Assembly (NCBI GenBank): GCA_965204735.1
Contig: OZ242008.1
Location: 2,400,001 to 2,464,000 of the forward strand
Source: Longimicrobiales bacterium
GTDB taxonomy: Bacteria; Gemmatimonadota; Gemmatimonadetes; Longimicrobiales; Gaopeijiaceae
DNA: 64,000 bases
Direction: 5' to 3'
The notes beneath the pieces are model-generated. The model was not told the origin of the DNA. It ran no database searches and worked only from the letters and a program-made list of their open reading frames with translations. Position 1 is the stretch's first letter. Each line of letters begins with the position of its first letter. The position numbers were made by a program, and so were the translations under genes. Shown piece by piece: positions 11,501-19,655 of this stretch.

Positions 11501-14500
11501 GGCGAAGCCACCGACAACCCCGCCACCCCCGGCGGCCCCTGGCTGCCGTCCACCTTGTGCGCCGCAGCGTTCGTCACCGCGTGCGACCCCAAGCTCAACG
11601 CCGCAGCAGCAGCGCCCGGACGCACGTCCGCAATCGACCCGCCGCTCAGCGTCAACGCGCTCGCGCCGATGCTCAACCCGACCGTGTCCGCGTCCGCAGG
11701 TCGGACCGCGTACCCGAACACCAGCGTGTCCGCCTTGCTCGTCGCCGAATCGTAGGCCGCCTGCCGCGTCTGCGTGCCAATCGTCAGCGCCAGTCGCGGC
11801 GTGCCCGTCACCGCCACCGGACGACTGAACGCCACCTTCACCTCGATCGACTCGCCCAGCTTGTACGTGCTGTCCGCCGCCGGAGCGCTCGATATCGCGA
11901 CCGCGCTCACCGCCGGCGTCGTGAACGTCCCGCCCGCAACCTTGTGTCCAGCGCTGTTCGCCACCGCGCTCGCGCCCAGTCCCAGCAGCGCGTCCAGCGT
12001 ACCGCCCGCAACCTTGATCGTCCCGCCGTTCAACGCCAACGCGCTCGCGCCGATGCTCAACCCGTCGGTGTCCGCGTCGCCGCTCGCCACCACGTACTGG
12101 AACGCCAGCGTGTCCGTGCCCGTCCCGCTCGCGTACTCCGCCTGCCTGGTCGCGTTCCCGATCGTCAGCGCCAGCTGCGGCGTGCCCGTCACGTCCACCG
12201 CCCGCGTGAACGCCAACGACACCTCGATCGTCTCGCCGCGCTCGAACGTGTCGCCCACCGTCGGAGAACTGATCGACAGCGCCGTCACACCCGGCGGACC
12301 AACGCTCCCGTTCACCTTGTGCGCCGCCGCGTTCGAGATCGCGGCCGAACCCAGTCCCAGGCTCGCCGCCGTCGTTCCGTCCCGCGCGTCGGCGATCGTA
12401 CCGCCGTTCAGCGTCAGCGCGCTCGCGCCGATGCTGATCCCCGTCGAGTCCTCGTTCGTCGCCACCACCGTGTAGCTGAACGCCAGCGTGTTCGTCCCGC
12501 TCCCGCTCGCGTCGTACGCCGCCTGCACCGTGTCGTTCCCGATCTCCAGCGCCAGCTGCGGCGCACCCGTCACCGTCACCGCCCGCGTGAACTCCACATC
12601 GACCTCGATCTGCTCCGTCCGACCGTACGTGCTGTCGCTCGACGGTACGCTCGTGATCGACACGCCGCTCACCGCCGACGCCGTGAACGTCCCCCCAGCC
12701 ACCTTGTGTCCAGCGCTGTTCGTCACCGCATGGCTGCCCAACCCCAGCAACGCGGCCCTCGTCGTGCCCGCCTGCCGGATCGTGCCGCCGTTCAGCGTCA
12801 ACGCGCTCGCACCGATGCTGATCCCGACCGTGTCCGAGTCCGCAGCCACCACCGTGTACCGGAACACCAGCGTGTCCGTGCCCGTGCCCCTCGCGTAGTC
12901 CGCCTGCCGCGTCAGCGTGTCGACCTCCAGCGCCAGCTGCGGCGTCCCCGTCACTTCCACCGCCGTGTTGAACACCACCGACGCCTCGATCGTCTCGCCC
13001 CGCTCGAACGTGTCGCCCACCAGCGGCGAACCAATCGACAACCCGGCCACGACCGCCCCCTGGCCGCCGTCCACCTTCCGCGTCCCGTCGTTCGCCACGG
13101 CCAGCACACCCAAGCCCCTGAACGGCCCGCGCGCATGTGGCCACGACTGAAGATTCCCGCCGTTGAACGCATTCGCCGCGATGCTGATCCCGTCCGCGTC
13201 CATGTCCGAAGCCTGCACCACGTAACGGAACGTGAAGCTCCCGTGCCGGTTCCCGCCTCCGGCTGTCCACGTCGCCTGACGCGTCGAGTCGCCAATCGAC
13301 AGCGCCAGCTGCGGCCCCGACAGCACCACCAGGTCGCCGGAGAACGTCACCGTCGCCTCGATCGTCTCGCCTATCGCGTACGTGTCGCCCGAACTCGGCG
13401 TGTTCAGCGTCAAGCCGCTCGGACCCCGCAACTCGCCCGGGCTCACCCTCTCGCCCGTAAGCCCGCTCCTCAAGTCCAGGATCGCCGCCCTGCTGCTCCC
13501 AGCCTCGTTGATCGTGCCACCGTTCAGCGTCAATGCATCCCGCGCCACCGTGTACGGGTCCGCACCCGAGTTGTCGTAGCCGTGCACCAGATACCGGAAC
13601 ACCAACGCCGTCGTGCCCGTCCCCGACGCGTACTCGGCATGCCGCGTCGCGCTCCCGATCACCACCGCCACACGGGGCGTACCCGTCACGTCCACCGCCC
13701 TGTCGAACGTCACCGTCACCTGTATCCACGCCCCCGCATGGAAGTGGGAAGCCCACACAGCCTTCGAGCCCGTCAGCGCCGCACTCGCCACAACGGGCGG
13801 CGGCAACACGCTCCCGTCCACCTTGTGCGCCGCCGCGTTCGCCACCGCTTGCGCCCCCAAACCCAAGCTCGCCGCCGTCGAGCCGTCCCGAGCGTCGAAG
13901 ATCGTCCCGCCGTTCAGCCCCAACGCGCTCGCCCCGATGCTCAACCCGTCCGTGTCCGCGTCCGCCTGCACCACCACGTACTGGAACACCAGCGTGTCCG
14001 CCGTGCTCGACCCCGACACGTACCCCGCTTGACGCGTCTGCGTACCGATCGTCAGCACCACCTGCGGCGTGCCCGTCACCGCCACCGACCGGTTGAACAC
14101 CACCTGCACCTCGATCTCCTCGCCCCGCCTGTACGTGCTGTCGCCCGCCACCGAACTGCTCGCGATCGACAACCCGCTCACCGACGCCGCCGTGAACGTC
14201 CCCCCAGCCACCTTCCGGCCCGAATGGTTCGCTATCGTCCGACCCGTCAAGTCCAGCAACGCGTTCACCGTCGTCTGCTGACGCCTGACCGTGCCTCCGT
14301 TCAGCGTCAACGCGCCCGCCTCCACGCTCAACCCGTCCGCGTCCGCATCGCCACTCGCCACCACGTAGTCGAACACCAGGAACCACGAGCCCGACGCCCC
14401 GCTGTTGTAGCTCGCCTGACGCGTCGCGCTCCCGATCCGCAACGCCAACCGCGGCGACCCCGTCACCGCCACAGGACCGCTGAACACCACGAACGCACGA

Positions 14501-17500
14501 ATCGTGTCCCCGCGCTCGAACGTGTCCCCCACCACCGGAGCGTCTACCGTCACCCTGTTCACAACCACCGCGTTGCCCGCCACCTTGTGCGCCCCAGCGT
14601 TCGTCACCGCGTTCGACCCCAACCCCAGGCTCGCCGCCGCCGTCCCGCCCGCCAGCACGATCGTACCGCCGTTCAGCGCCAGCGCCGTCGAGTCCACGCT
14701 GATCCCGTCCGCGTCCACGTCCGACGCCCCCACCGTGTGCCGAAACGCCAGAATGTCCGTGCCCGTCCCGCTCGCGTACGACGCCTGCACCGTGTCGCTC
14801 CCGATCCGCAACGCCAACCGCGGCGTGCCCGTCACCGTCACCGCACGATCGAACACCACCTCCACCTCGATCACGTTCCCCGCCGCATACGTCGAGTCCG
14901 GACCCGCGTCGCTCGTTATCGTCACACCGCTCACGCCCGGCGCCGTCTCCTTGCCACCGTCCACCTGGAACAGCACGGAGTTCGCAAAGTTCCACGGCGA
15001 CAAAGACAGGTTCGCGTCCCCCGTCGTGCCCTGCCGCCGGATCGTCGACCCCGACGGCAACGTCAGCGCGTTCGCCCCGATGCTGATCCCCGTCGTGTCC
15101 ACGTCCGACGCCACCACCGTGTAGCAGAACACCACGATCGTCTCGCCCGACTTGTCGCAGTACGACGCCTGCCGCGTCTGCGAATCGATCCCCAGCGCCA
15201 CACGCGGCGGCTGCGCACCCGCTTCCACGTCCACCGCCACGTTGAACCCGACGCCCACCCGAATCACGTCCCCAAGCCCGAACACGCTGTCCGTGCTCGC
15301 GTACGAAAGCCCAGTGTTGTCAGCGTCCAAGAAGAACACGCTCGCCACTACAGGAACGTACGCGCCCCACACCTGGTGCGCCGCCGCGTCCGCGATCGCG
15401 TGGCTCCCCAGCGCCAAGTACGCGTTCGTCGTGCCGCCCGATGCCCTGATCGTCCCGCTGTTCAGCGCCAATGCGCTCGCCCCGATGCTGATCCCCGTCG
15501 AGTCCCTGTCCGCCGTCACTACCACATATTGGAACACCAGCGAGTTCGTGCCCGTCCCGCTCGCGTACTCCGCCTGCCGCGTCAGCGTGTCGACCTCCAG
15601 AGCCACCTGCGGCACGCCCGTCACCGCCACCGTCGAGTCGAACGTCACCGTCACCTCCACCGTGTCCCCAGCGGCGTAGATGCTGTCAGCGCCCGCGTCG
15701 CTCGAAATCGCCAGCCCCGTCACCATCGGCAACCCCTGCGAGCCGCTCACCTTGTGCGTCGCCGCGTTCGCGATCGCGTGGCTCCGCAACCCCAAGTACG
15801 CGTTCACCGTGCCGGAACCCGCCCGCCGGATCGTCGTCCCCGCCGGCAGCGTCAGCGCGCTCGCTCCGATGCTGATCCCCGTCGTGTCCGCGTCGGCCAA
15901 CTGCACCACGTAACGGAAGGTCAGCGAATCGCCGCCCGTACCGCTCGCGTAGCTCGCCCGTCGCGTCTGCGTCCCGATCGTCAGCTCCAGCCGCGGCGTT
16001 CCCGTCACGTCCACGTTCTCGTTGAACACCACCGCTACTTGTACCGTGTCGCCCGCCGCATACGTGTTGTCGCTCCCCGCGTTGCTCGCAATCGACGCGC
16101 CCGTCACGTGAGGCACCGCCTGAGCCCCGTTCACCTTGTGCGCCGAGAGGTTGAGGAGCGGCGTGAAGTCCAAGAACGCGTTCGCCGCGCCCGCCGGCGC
16201 TCCTTGCGTCCTGACGTAGTCGCTTCCGCCCAACGTCATGCTGTCGACGCTGAGCCCGTCCGCGTCCAAGTCGGCCAGCACCGGATTGTACCGCCAGTGA
16301 ATGGTTCTCGTGCCAGTGTTGACGTTCTGAACGTAGCCCTCGCGGACATTCTCTCCAATCGTCAGCCACAGGCCCGAACCCGCCGTCGTAACCGACGCGT
16401 CTATGCCCCGATCGAACACCACGAAGAAGTCGATGATGTCGCCCATGGCCCACGTCTCGTCGGACCCCGAGCCGCTGGGCAACGTAACGCTCGCTATCTT
16501 GGGCACTTGCCACACACGGTGCGCACGGTCGTCCGTGACGACGTGACTCCACAAGCTCAGGTACACATTCACCCCCGCCCTTCTGATCGTCGCCCCCGAC
16601 GGCAGCGTCAGAGCATTGCGCCCGTAGCTGATCCCGTTCGTGTCGCTGTCTCCCGGCGCCACCACGTAGTTGAACCTCAACGTTGCGGTGCCCGTCCCCG
16701 ACACGTAGCTCGCCTGCACCGTCGACGACATTATCAGCGCCAGCTGCGGCGTACCCGTCACGTCCACCGCTTGGCTGAACACGACCTCTATCGCGATCGT
16801 GTCCCCCTCCACGTAGATGCTGTCGGCGCCCGGATCGCTCGTGAACGACGTGCCCGTCACGATCGTCGCACCCGACGTCAGCACCTTGTGGGCCGCCGCG
16901 TTCGCCACAACGAAGTTCACTGTCGTCAGCGACGCGTCCACCGTCGTGCTGCCCGCCCGCCTGATCGTCCCGCCGTTCAACGTCAGCGCGCTCCCCCCGA
17001 TGCTCAACCCGTCCGAGTCCGCGTCGCCGCTCGCCACCACGTAGCGGAACGTCAGCGAATCCGTCCCCGTGCCGCCCGCGTAGCTCGCCTGCCGCGTCTG
17101 CACGCCGATCCCCAGCGCCAGACGCGGCGCGCCCGTCACGTCCACGCTCTCGTTGAACACCACCGCTACTTGCACCGTGTCGCCCGCCGCATACGTGCTG
17201 TCCGTCCCCGCATCGCTCGTGATCGGCATCCGCACCACCGCCGGCGGCCCCGCCAAACCATCCACCTTGTGGGCCGCAGCTTCGGCGACCCTGTGGACCC
17301 GCAAGCCCAGGTACGCGTTCACCACGGACCCCGCCCGCCGTATCGTCCCGCCGTTCAACGTCAGCGCGCTCGAGCCGATGCTGATCCCCGTCGAGTCGAC
17401 ATCCCCAGGCCCTACCGTGTAGCGGAACACCAGAGAATTGCCTCCGCTCCCCAGAGAGTAGACCGCTTGCCGAGTCTCCGTCCCCATCGCCATCGCCAGC

Positions 17501-18474
17501 CGCGGCGAGCCCGTCACGTCCACGTTCTCGCTGAACCAAAGACCGATCTCGATCACGTCGCCCCGAGCGTACGTGCTGTCGTTCCCCGCTTCGCTCTCAA
17601 TCGTCGTGTTCGTCACGTGAGGCACCGCCTGAGCGCCGTTCACCTTGTGGGTGACCGTATCCGTCAAAGTCACCGCTGCAAGCGAATTGTCCGCCTCAAC
17701 CAAGGTGCCCTCGAGGCGGACGGCGCCCGTGTTCGTCAATGCGCCCGCCGGCAAGCTTATGCCGTCCTCGTCCAAGTCCGCCTCCGTCACCAAGTATCGA
17801 AACCATACCGCCCAGGGGTTCTGCTGGAACGGCATCGCCGTCACCGTGTCCTCCCCGATCTCGATCGCCAGCCTCATCTGCTGCCACGTCGGCTTGTCCA
17901 CACGGGCGTCCCACGTGATGCGCAACGCGAGGTAGTCGCCCGCAGCGTACGTGTCGTCGCCCCCCGGGTCCGTCTCGATCGGAAAGTGTATCGCGGCCAT
18001 CGACGGCCTGCGCGCAACCTGGTGACTCCTGTCGTCGCCGATCGCGTGGGTCCCCAACCCCAGGGTCGCGTTCACCGTGCTCGACCCCGCCCGCCGGATC
18101 GTCGCCCCCGACGGCAACGTCAGCGCCGTCGAGTCCACGCTGATCCCGTCGGAGTCCCTGTCGGTGGACGACCCCGGCAGCACGTAGCGGAACATCAACG
18201 AATCCGTCCCCGTCCCCGAAACGTAGTCCGCCTGCCGCGTCAGCGTGTCGACCGTCAAGGCCAGCTGCGGCGTCCCCGTCACGTCCACCGAATCGCTGAA
18301 CACGACCACGACGCTGATCGTGTCCCCCTGAACGTACGTGCTGTCGCTCCCCGCGTCGCTCGTGATGCTCACGCCGCTCACGCTCGGCGCCGTCTGGGCG
18401 CTCAAGGGCACCGACGGCAAGGCTGCCGCCAGAAGGCCCAGGAGCGCCAGCGCAGTACGCCCTGCCGACAGCAT
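5503..18474 (-). CDS. Giant surface adhesin (~4320 aa): signal peptide, 24 Ig-like repeats, 5 cadherin domains plus 1 cadherin-like domain, C-terminal autotransporter-like beta-barrel
   Basis: GGAGG-N9-ATG then MLSAGRTALALLGLLAAALPSVPLSA-Q (alternative in-frame GTG 18591); ~125-aa repeats (DSTY.GD.I.V.V.F...V.VTGTPQLAL...L.F.Y.V...D.DG.SI); cadherin motifs ATDPD, (D/N)VNE.P.F; barrel strands WTLWGQ, YVGLDYRF, SLYPY; ends TITFK. Confidence 0.92.
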   Translation of the reverse strand: MLSAGRTALALLGLLAAALPSVPLSAQTAPSVSGVSITSDAGSDSTYVQGDTISVVVVFSDSVDVTGTPQLALTVDTLTRQADYVSGTGTDSLMFRYVLPGSSTDRDSDGISVDSTALTLPSGATIRRAGSSTVNATLGLGTHAIGDDRSHQVARRPSMAAIHFPIETDPGGDDTYAAGDYLALRITWDARVDKPTWQQMRLAIEIGEDTVTAMPFQQNPWAVWFRYLVTEADLDEDGISLPAGALTNTGAVRLEGTLVEADNSLAAVTLTDTVTHKVNGAQAVPHVTNTTIESEAGNDSTYARGDVIEIGLWFSENVDVTGSPRLAMAMGTETRQAVYSLGSGGNSLVFRYTVGPGDVDSTGISIGSSALTLNGGTIRRAGSVVNAYLGLRVHRVAEAAAHKVDGLAGPPAVVRMPITSDAGTDSTYAAGDTVQVAVVFNESVDVTGAPRLALGIGVQTRQASYAGGTGTDSLTFRYVVASGDADSDGLSIGGSALTLNGGTIRRAGSTTVDASLTTVNFVVANAAAHKVLTSGATIVTGTSFTSDPGADSIYVEGDTIAIEVVFSQAVDVTGTPQLALIMSSTVQASYVSGTGTATLRFNYVVAPGDSDTNGISYGRNALTLPSGATIRRAGVNVYLSLWSHVVTDDRAHRVWQVPKIASVTLPSGSGSDETWAMGDIIDFFVVFDRGIDASVTTAGSGLWLTIGENVREGYVQNVNTGTRTIHWRYNPVLADLDADGLSVDSMTLGGSDYVRTQGAPAGAANAFLDFTPLLNLSAHKVNGAQAVPHVTGASIASNAGSDNTYAAGDTVQVAVVFNENVDVTGTPRLELTIGTQTRRASYASGTGGDSLTFRYVVQLADADTTGISIGASALTLPAGTTIRRAGSGTVNAYLGLRSHAIANAATHKVSGSQGLPMVTGLAISSDAGADSIYAAGDTVEVTVTFDSTVAVTGVPQVALEVDTLTRQAEYASGTGTNSLVFQYVVVTADRDSTGISIGASALALNSGTIRASGGTTNAYLALGSHAIADAAAHQVWGAYVPVVASVFFLDADNTGLSYASTDSVFGLGDVIRVGVGFNVAVDVEAGAQPPRVALGIDSQTRQASYCDKSGETIVVFCYTVVASDVDTTGISIGANALTLPSGSTIRRQGTTGDANLSLSPWNFANSVLFQVDGGKETAPGVSGVTITSDAGPDSTYAAGNVIEVEVVFDRAVTVTGTPRLALRIGSDTVQASYASGTGTDILAFRHTVGASDVDADGISVDSTALALNGGTIVLAGGTAAASLGLGSNAVTNAGAHKVAGNAVVVNRVTVDAPVVGDTFERGDTIRAFVVFSGPVAVTGSPRLALRIGSATRQASYNSGASGSWFLVFDYVVASGDADADGLSVEAGALTLNGGTVRRQQTTVNALLDLTGRTIANHSGRKVAGGTFTAASVSGLSIASSSVAGDSTYRRGEEIEVQVVFNRSVAVTGTPQVVLTIGTQTRQAGYVSGSSTADTLVFQYVVVQADADTDGLSIGASALGLNGGTIFDARDGSTAASLGLGAQAVANAAAHKVDGSVLPPPVVASAALTGSKAVWASHFHAGAWIQVTVTFDRAVDVTGTPRVAVVIGSATRHAEYASGTGTTALVFRYLVHGYDNSGADPYTVARDALTLNGGTINEAGSSRAAILDLRSGLTGERVSPGELRGPSGLTLNTPSSGDTYAIGETIEATVTFSGDLVVLSGPQLALSIGDSTRQATWTAGGGNRHGSFTFRYVVQASDMDADGISIAANAFNGGNLQSWPHARGPFRGLGVLAVANDGTRKVDGGQGAVVAGLSIGSPLVGDTFERGETIEASVVFNTAVEVTGTPQLALEVDTLTRQADYARGTGTDTLVFRYTVVAADSDTVGISIGASALTLNGGTIRQAGTTRAALLGLGSHAVTNSAGHKVAGGTFTASAVSGVSITSVPSSDSTYGRTEQIEVDVEFTRAVTVTGAPQLALEIGNDTVQAAYDASGSGTNTLAFSYTVVATNEDSTGISIGASALTLNGGTIADARDGTTAASLGLGSAAISNAAAHKVNGSVGPPGVTALSISSPTVGDTFERGETIEVSLAFTRAVDVTGTPQLALTIGNATRQAEYASGTGTDTLAFQYVVASGDADTDGLSIGASALALNGGTIKVAGGTLDALLGLGASAVANSAGHKVAGGTFTTPAVSAVAISSAPAADSTYKLGESIEVKVAFSRPVAVTGTPRLALTIGTQTRQAAYDSATSKADTLVFGYAVRPADADTVGLSIGASALTLSGGSIADVRPGAAAAALSLGSHAVTNAAAHKVDGSQGPPGVAGLSVASPLVGGTFERGDTVVATVTFNKQVDVTGTPQLALSIGTQTRQAGYASGTGTTSLVFRYVVVQADVDTDGLSIGASALALNSGTIDVAGGTTDALLSLAHHAISNDGALRVAGGTFTASAVSGVSIASSPADGSVYGLSEEIEVEVTFDRHVSVTGAPQLALTIGSQTRQAAYDSATSVGAGGRVLTFRYTVQSSDSDANGLSIGASALALNGGTISDARDGSTAAGLGLGSHAITNASGQAVDGSQGPPGVSGVSIASPPIGDTFERGDTIIATVTFNKGVDVTGTPQLALTIGAATKQASYASGTGTASLVFRYVVVTADVDADGLSIGASALALNGGMIDVANGTVDAVLGLGAHAVTNSAGHKVAGGTFTAASVSGVSLTSSPAVATTYARGEQIEVQVTFNRRVAVTDTPQVALTVGAATRQADYASGTGTHTLTFRYTVAAADADTDGISIGASALALNSGTINDARDGSTAAALGLGSHALSAAAGHKVDGTLAGASVSGVAVSSTPESGDTYGLGERIEVQVTFDRAVTVTGAPQLALTVGTATRQASYVGGSGTATLSFAYRVQGAGSGGSGTGGVDADADGVGVAAAALTLNGATIVNTADGVRPAVLALGSHAIAAAANDKVDGTVEAVPAVMAMAVTSTPGASGLYGPRSVIRVAVTFSRPVEVVGAPQLSIEIGTAVRQASYASGSGTPAVVFEYVVQPADRDEDGISIAADALTATGGAALRIAGGTTAAALDLSGHEVENLEEHQVNGAGGTDPVFGRAEYEFKLTEDVAGPVVVGTVSATDPFGGEVAYSLAAGDEGLFEVDARTGEVRYVGTGEDAESRSEFVMIVRATADDGERTGDATVTVRLVNVNDAPVFTAERYAFAMAENAAGPLALGAVEAVDLDEGDTLTYRLASGDADRFAVDSVTGAVQYVGSGEDYEGAGPKSWELEVTATDLAGSSAKAVVAVALTNVNEGPAFADSAYAFDLAENERGPLLLGEVRATDPDGGDWLSYALTAGDAERFKVNATSGAVRYVGSGEDAETGPGSWELEVTATDRGGLTARTRVVVTLEDRNEGPVFVEPIWEWELAEHVAGPVELGAVEATDVDVGDTLVYSLSGVGAALFDVGESSGVVRYVGAGEDAETGPDGWEFEVVATDRAGLAAVAKVKVLLLDVNEAPAFVDSAYAFELAENVRGPRELGRVEATDPDRDDALTYSLAQGDAGRFAVDGASGRVRYVGAGEDYEDGPPEFALTVRVTDVGGLTAEAAVVVTLLDVNEGPEAVGSLSPPVLEVGGAPWEVGLGEYFRDPDGDALSYVVVSSSPDVAAASVSGAGRLSVSPREIGASVVTVTATDAEGLAATQQASVTVSASRADRARALKLTLAAFGRSLGTETVETIGGRLGLEPSGSPGRSHVQLGGRSLSCLAFGGAGAGVVAVAETDSTGEGGAAAAHAGSGRCGLESLVRDATGLLGFQITHPGVAGGSAGGTLDLAAILFGDGAAGLGAAGSGSLGQGGSYQGQREEGALPAERERGGIGFSPLTSSDLRSRSSFQLSFGGGSPDEQGGADADGAPAQTASQAGWTLWGQANIGEFEGRPEDDFAMDGRTRSAYVGLDYRFGSGFLMGLAGSRSDVAANYESGINGVGKTKAHLTSLYPYLSWSSQGGFGIWGLAGAGMGAANVGEQGPTYDADLRMRMGALGVRQKLVGGLALKADAFAVRMMTDASDVHVAAVTADAQRVRLAPELGGQWTSGSIAMRTRIEVGGRYDRGDAETGMGAEAGADLGFTHEGSGLSLDARGRMLLIHQDRNFKDWGAAVALRIQPRREDGGLSFSLEPSWGNASGGAQTLWQGGADVWRTAGVPRVGAMGPTAPRGAVPAGGDQAGHGGATGQGGPASPGAGPTHGFPSAHGFGAPQATRGWAPDGLAMEVGYGLALPGGSQLKPFGRWSRQGAAGYRLNVGTQWATLGGETAEQQASGLRLVMDFFGEQATDGFQPPERRVGLAGTITFK
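9210..18395 (-). repeat. Intragenic array of 24 ~375-bp Ig-like domain repeats
   Basis: Counted by eye in the translation; recurrent DNA blocks such as gccagctgcggcgtgcccgtcac and cgcgctcgcgccgatgct. Confidence 0.85.
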
Positions 18475-18534
18475 CAGGCCGACCCTCCGATGCGGATCAG
18501 GCACGACAGCCGCTCGCTGCAGGAGGGAGGGGGA

Positions 18535-18556
18535 GGGGGGGGGGGGGGGGGGGGGG
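18535..18556. repeat. G22 homopolymer (C22 on the adhesin coding strand) within a purine run 18521-18556
   Basis: Directly visible: aggagggagggggag(G)21taga. Confidence 0.95.
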
Positions 18557-18654
18557 TAGACAAGAGGGGTGCGCGTACGGACGCTCGTCACTGTTGTCGT
18601 CTCCGTCTCGACTTGGTTCAGGGCGATGGCAAGGGCGAATCTCCGAGTCACTCC

Positions 18655-18684
18655 ACGATAGCAATATATGGCATCACGGTACAA
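18655..18684 (-). promoter_or_regulatory. Possible promoter of the adhesin gene
   Basis: TTGTAC-N18-TATCGT with extended TGn, in a locally AT-rich patch. Confidence 0.35.
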
Positions 18685-18721
18685 CCAAGTCAAGCCGGTC
18701 AACCAAGTCAAGCCGGTCAAC
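18682..18721. repeat. Perfect 18-bp tandem duplication
   Basis: caaccaagtcaagccggt x2 plus caac; overlaps xerD stop. Confidence 0.95.
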
Positions 18722-19655
18722 TCCGGCTTCGCGGGTGGTGCTCCCGGTGGACCTGACGCAGGTGCTCCCGGTTCAGGTGGGTGTAGATCTGGGTGGTCGC
18801 CACGTCGGCGTGGCCCAGCAGCTCCTGGACCGCCATCAAGTCGGCTCCGCCTTCCAGCAGATGGGTGGCGCAGCTGTGGCGGAGGGTGTGGGGCGTGATC
18901 CTGCGCTCGACGCCGGCGCGCTTCGCCGAGCGGGAGACGATCGTCCACACCGCCATGCGGGTCAGCCGTCCGCCCCGGTGGTTCAGGAAGAGGGCGCCTT
19001 CGCCGCGTCCCTTGTCCAGCTTCGGACGAAGTGCCGAGAGGTACCGCCGCACCGCGTTCACGGCCGCCGACCCCAGGGGCGCCAAGCGCTCCTTTCCGCC
19101 CTTGCCCAAGACCAGGCAGCTGCCGTCGGTCAGGTCCACGTCGGCCACGGACATGCCGGTCAGCTCGCTCACCCGCATCCCGGTGGCGTAGAGCACCTCC
19201 AGCACCGCCCGGTCGCGCCAGTGGACGGGCGAGTCGGGGTCCACCGCCTCCATGACGCGCTTGGCCTCGGCCTGGGTCAGGAACTCGGGCAGCTTCTTCC
19301 CCGGCTTGGGAGCGTCCATGCGCTCCGTCGGGTCCTCGGCGACGATCTCTTCCGCCGTCAGGAAGGCAAAGTAGGCCCGCAGCGACGACTGGGCCCGCCG
19401 GATCGTCGACGACGCCCTTCCCTTGGCCCGAAGGTGGGCCAGGTAGTCGTGGAGGACGTGGTGGCCGATCTGCGACGGCCGCGGGCCGGCGACTCCCGCG
19501 TCCGCGTCGGAGAAGAACGCCAGGAAGCGCTTCACGTCGCTCTCGTAGGAAGCAGCGGAGCGCGGACGCAGCCCCCGCTCCAGCACCAGGTAGTCCAGGA
19601 ACGGCTCCACGTAGAACCGCCGCCGGAGCGCGTCGGCGTCGGACTCACGCGCCAC
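18717..19655 (-). CDS. xerD: Tyrosine recombinase XerD
   Basis: FLDYLVLERGL, RDRAVLEVLYATGMRVSEL, GKGGKER, TPHTLRHSCATHLLEGGADL..VQELLGHA...TTQIYTH. Confidence 0.93.
   Translation of the reverse strand: MARESDADALRRRFYVEPFLDYLVLERGLRPRSAASYESDVKRFLAFFSDADAGVAGPRPSQIGHHVLHDYLAHLRAKGRASSTIRRAQSSLRAYFAFLTAEEIVAEDPTERMDAPKPGKKLPEFLTQAEAKRVMEAVDPDSPVHWRDRAVLEVLYATGMRVSELTGMSVADVDLTDGSCLVLGKGGKERLAPLGSAAVNAVRRYLSALRPKLDKGRGEGALFLNHRGGRLTRMAVWTIVSRSAKRAGVERRITPHTLRHSCATHLLEGGADLMAVQELLGHADVATTQIYTHLNREHLRQVHREHHPRSRS

Noticed and set aside
5098..18756. 4552-aa ORF on the + strand and other long ORFs overlapping the adhesin (e.g. 8957-14995)
   Set aside because: Arg/His/Ala-rich shadow frames caused by high GC and codon bias; the minus frame has signal peptide and domains.
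18591..18948. ORF-track start of the adhesin at 18948
   Set aside because: Overlaps xerD and the putative promoter; SD-supported starts are 18474 or 18591.
18717..19655. Tyrosine recombinase as island integrase or invertase for the adhesin
   Set aside because: Sequence is typical housekeeping XerD, coupled to the ispF-dedA run; no att duplication or invertible repeat pair seen.
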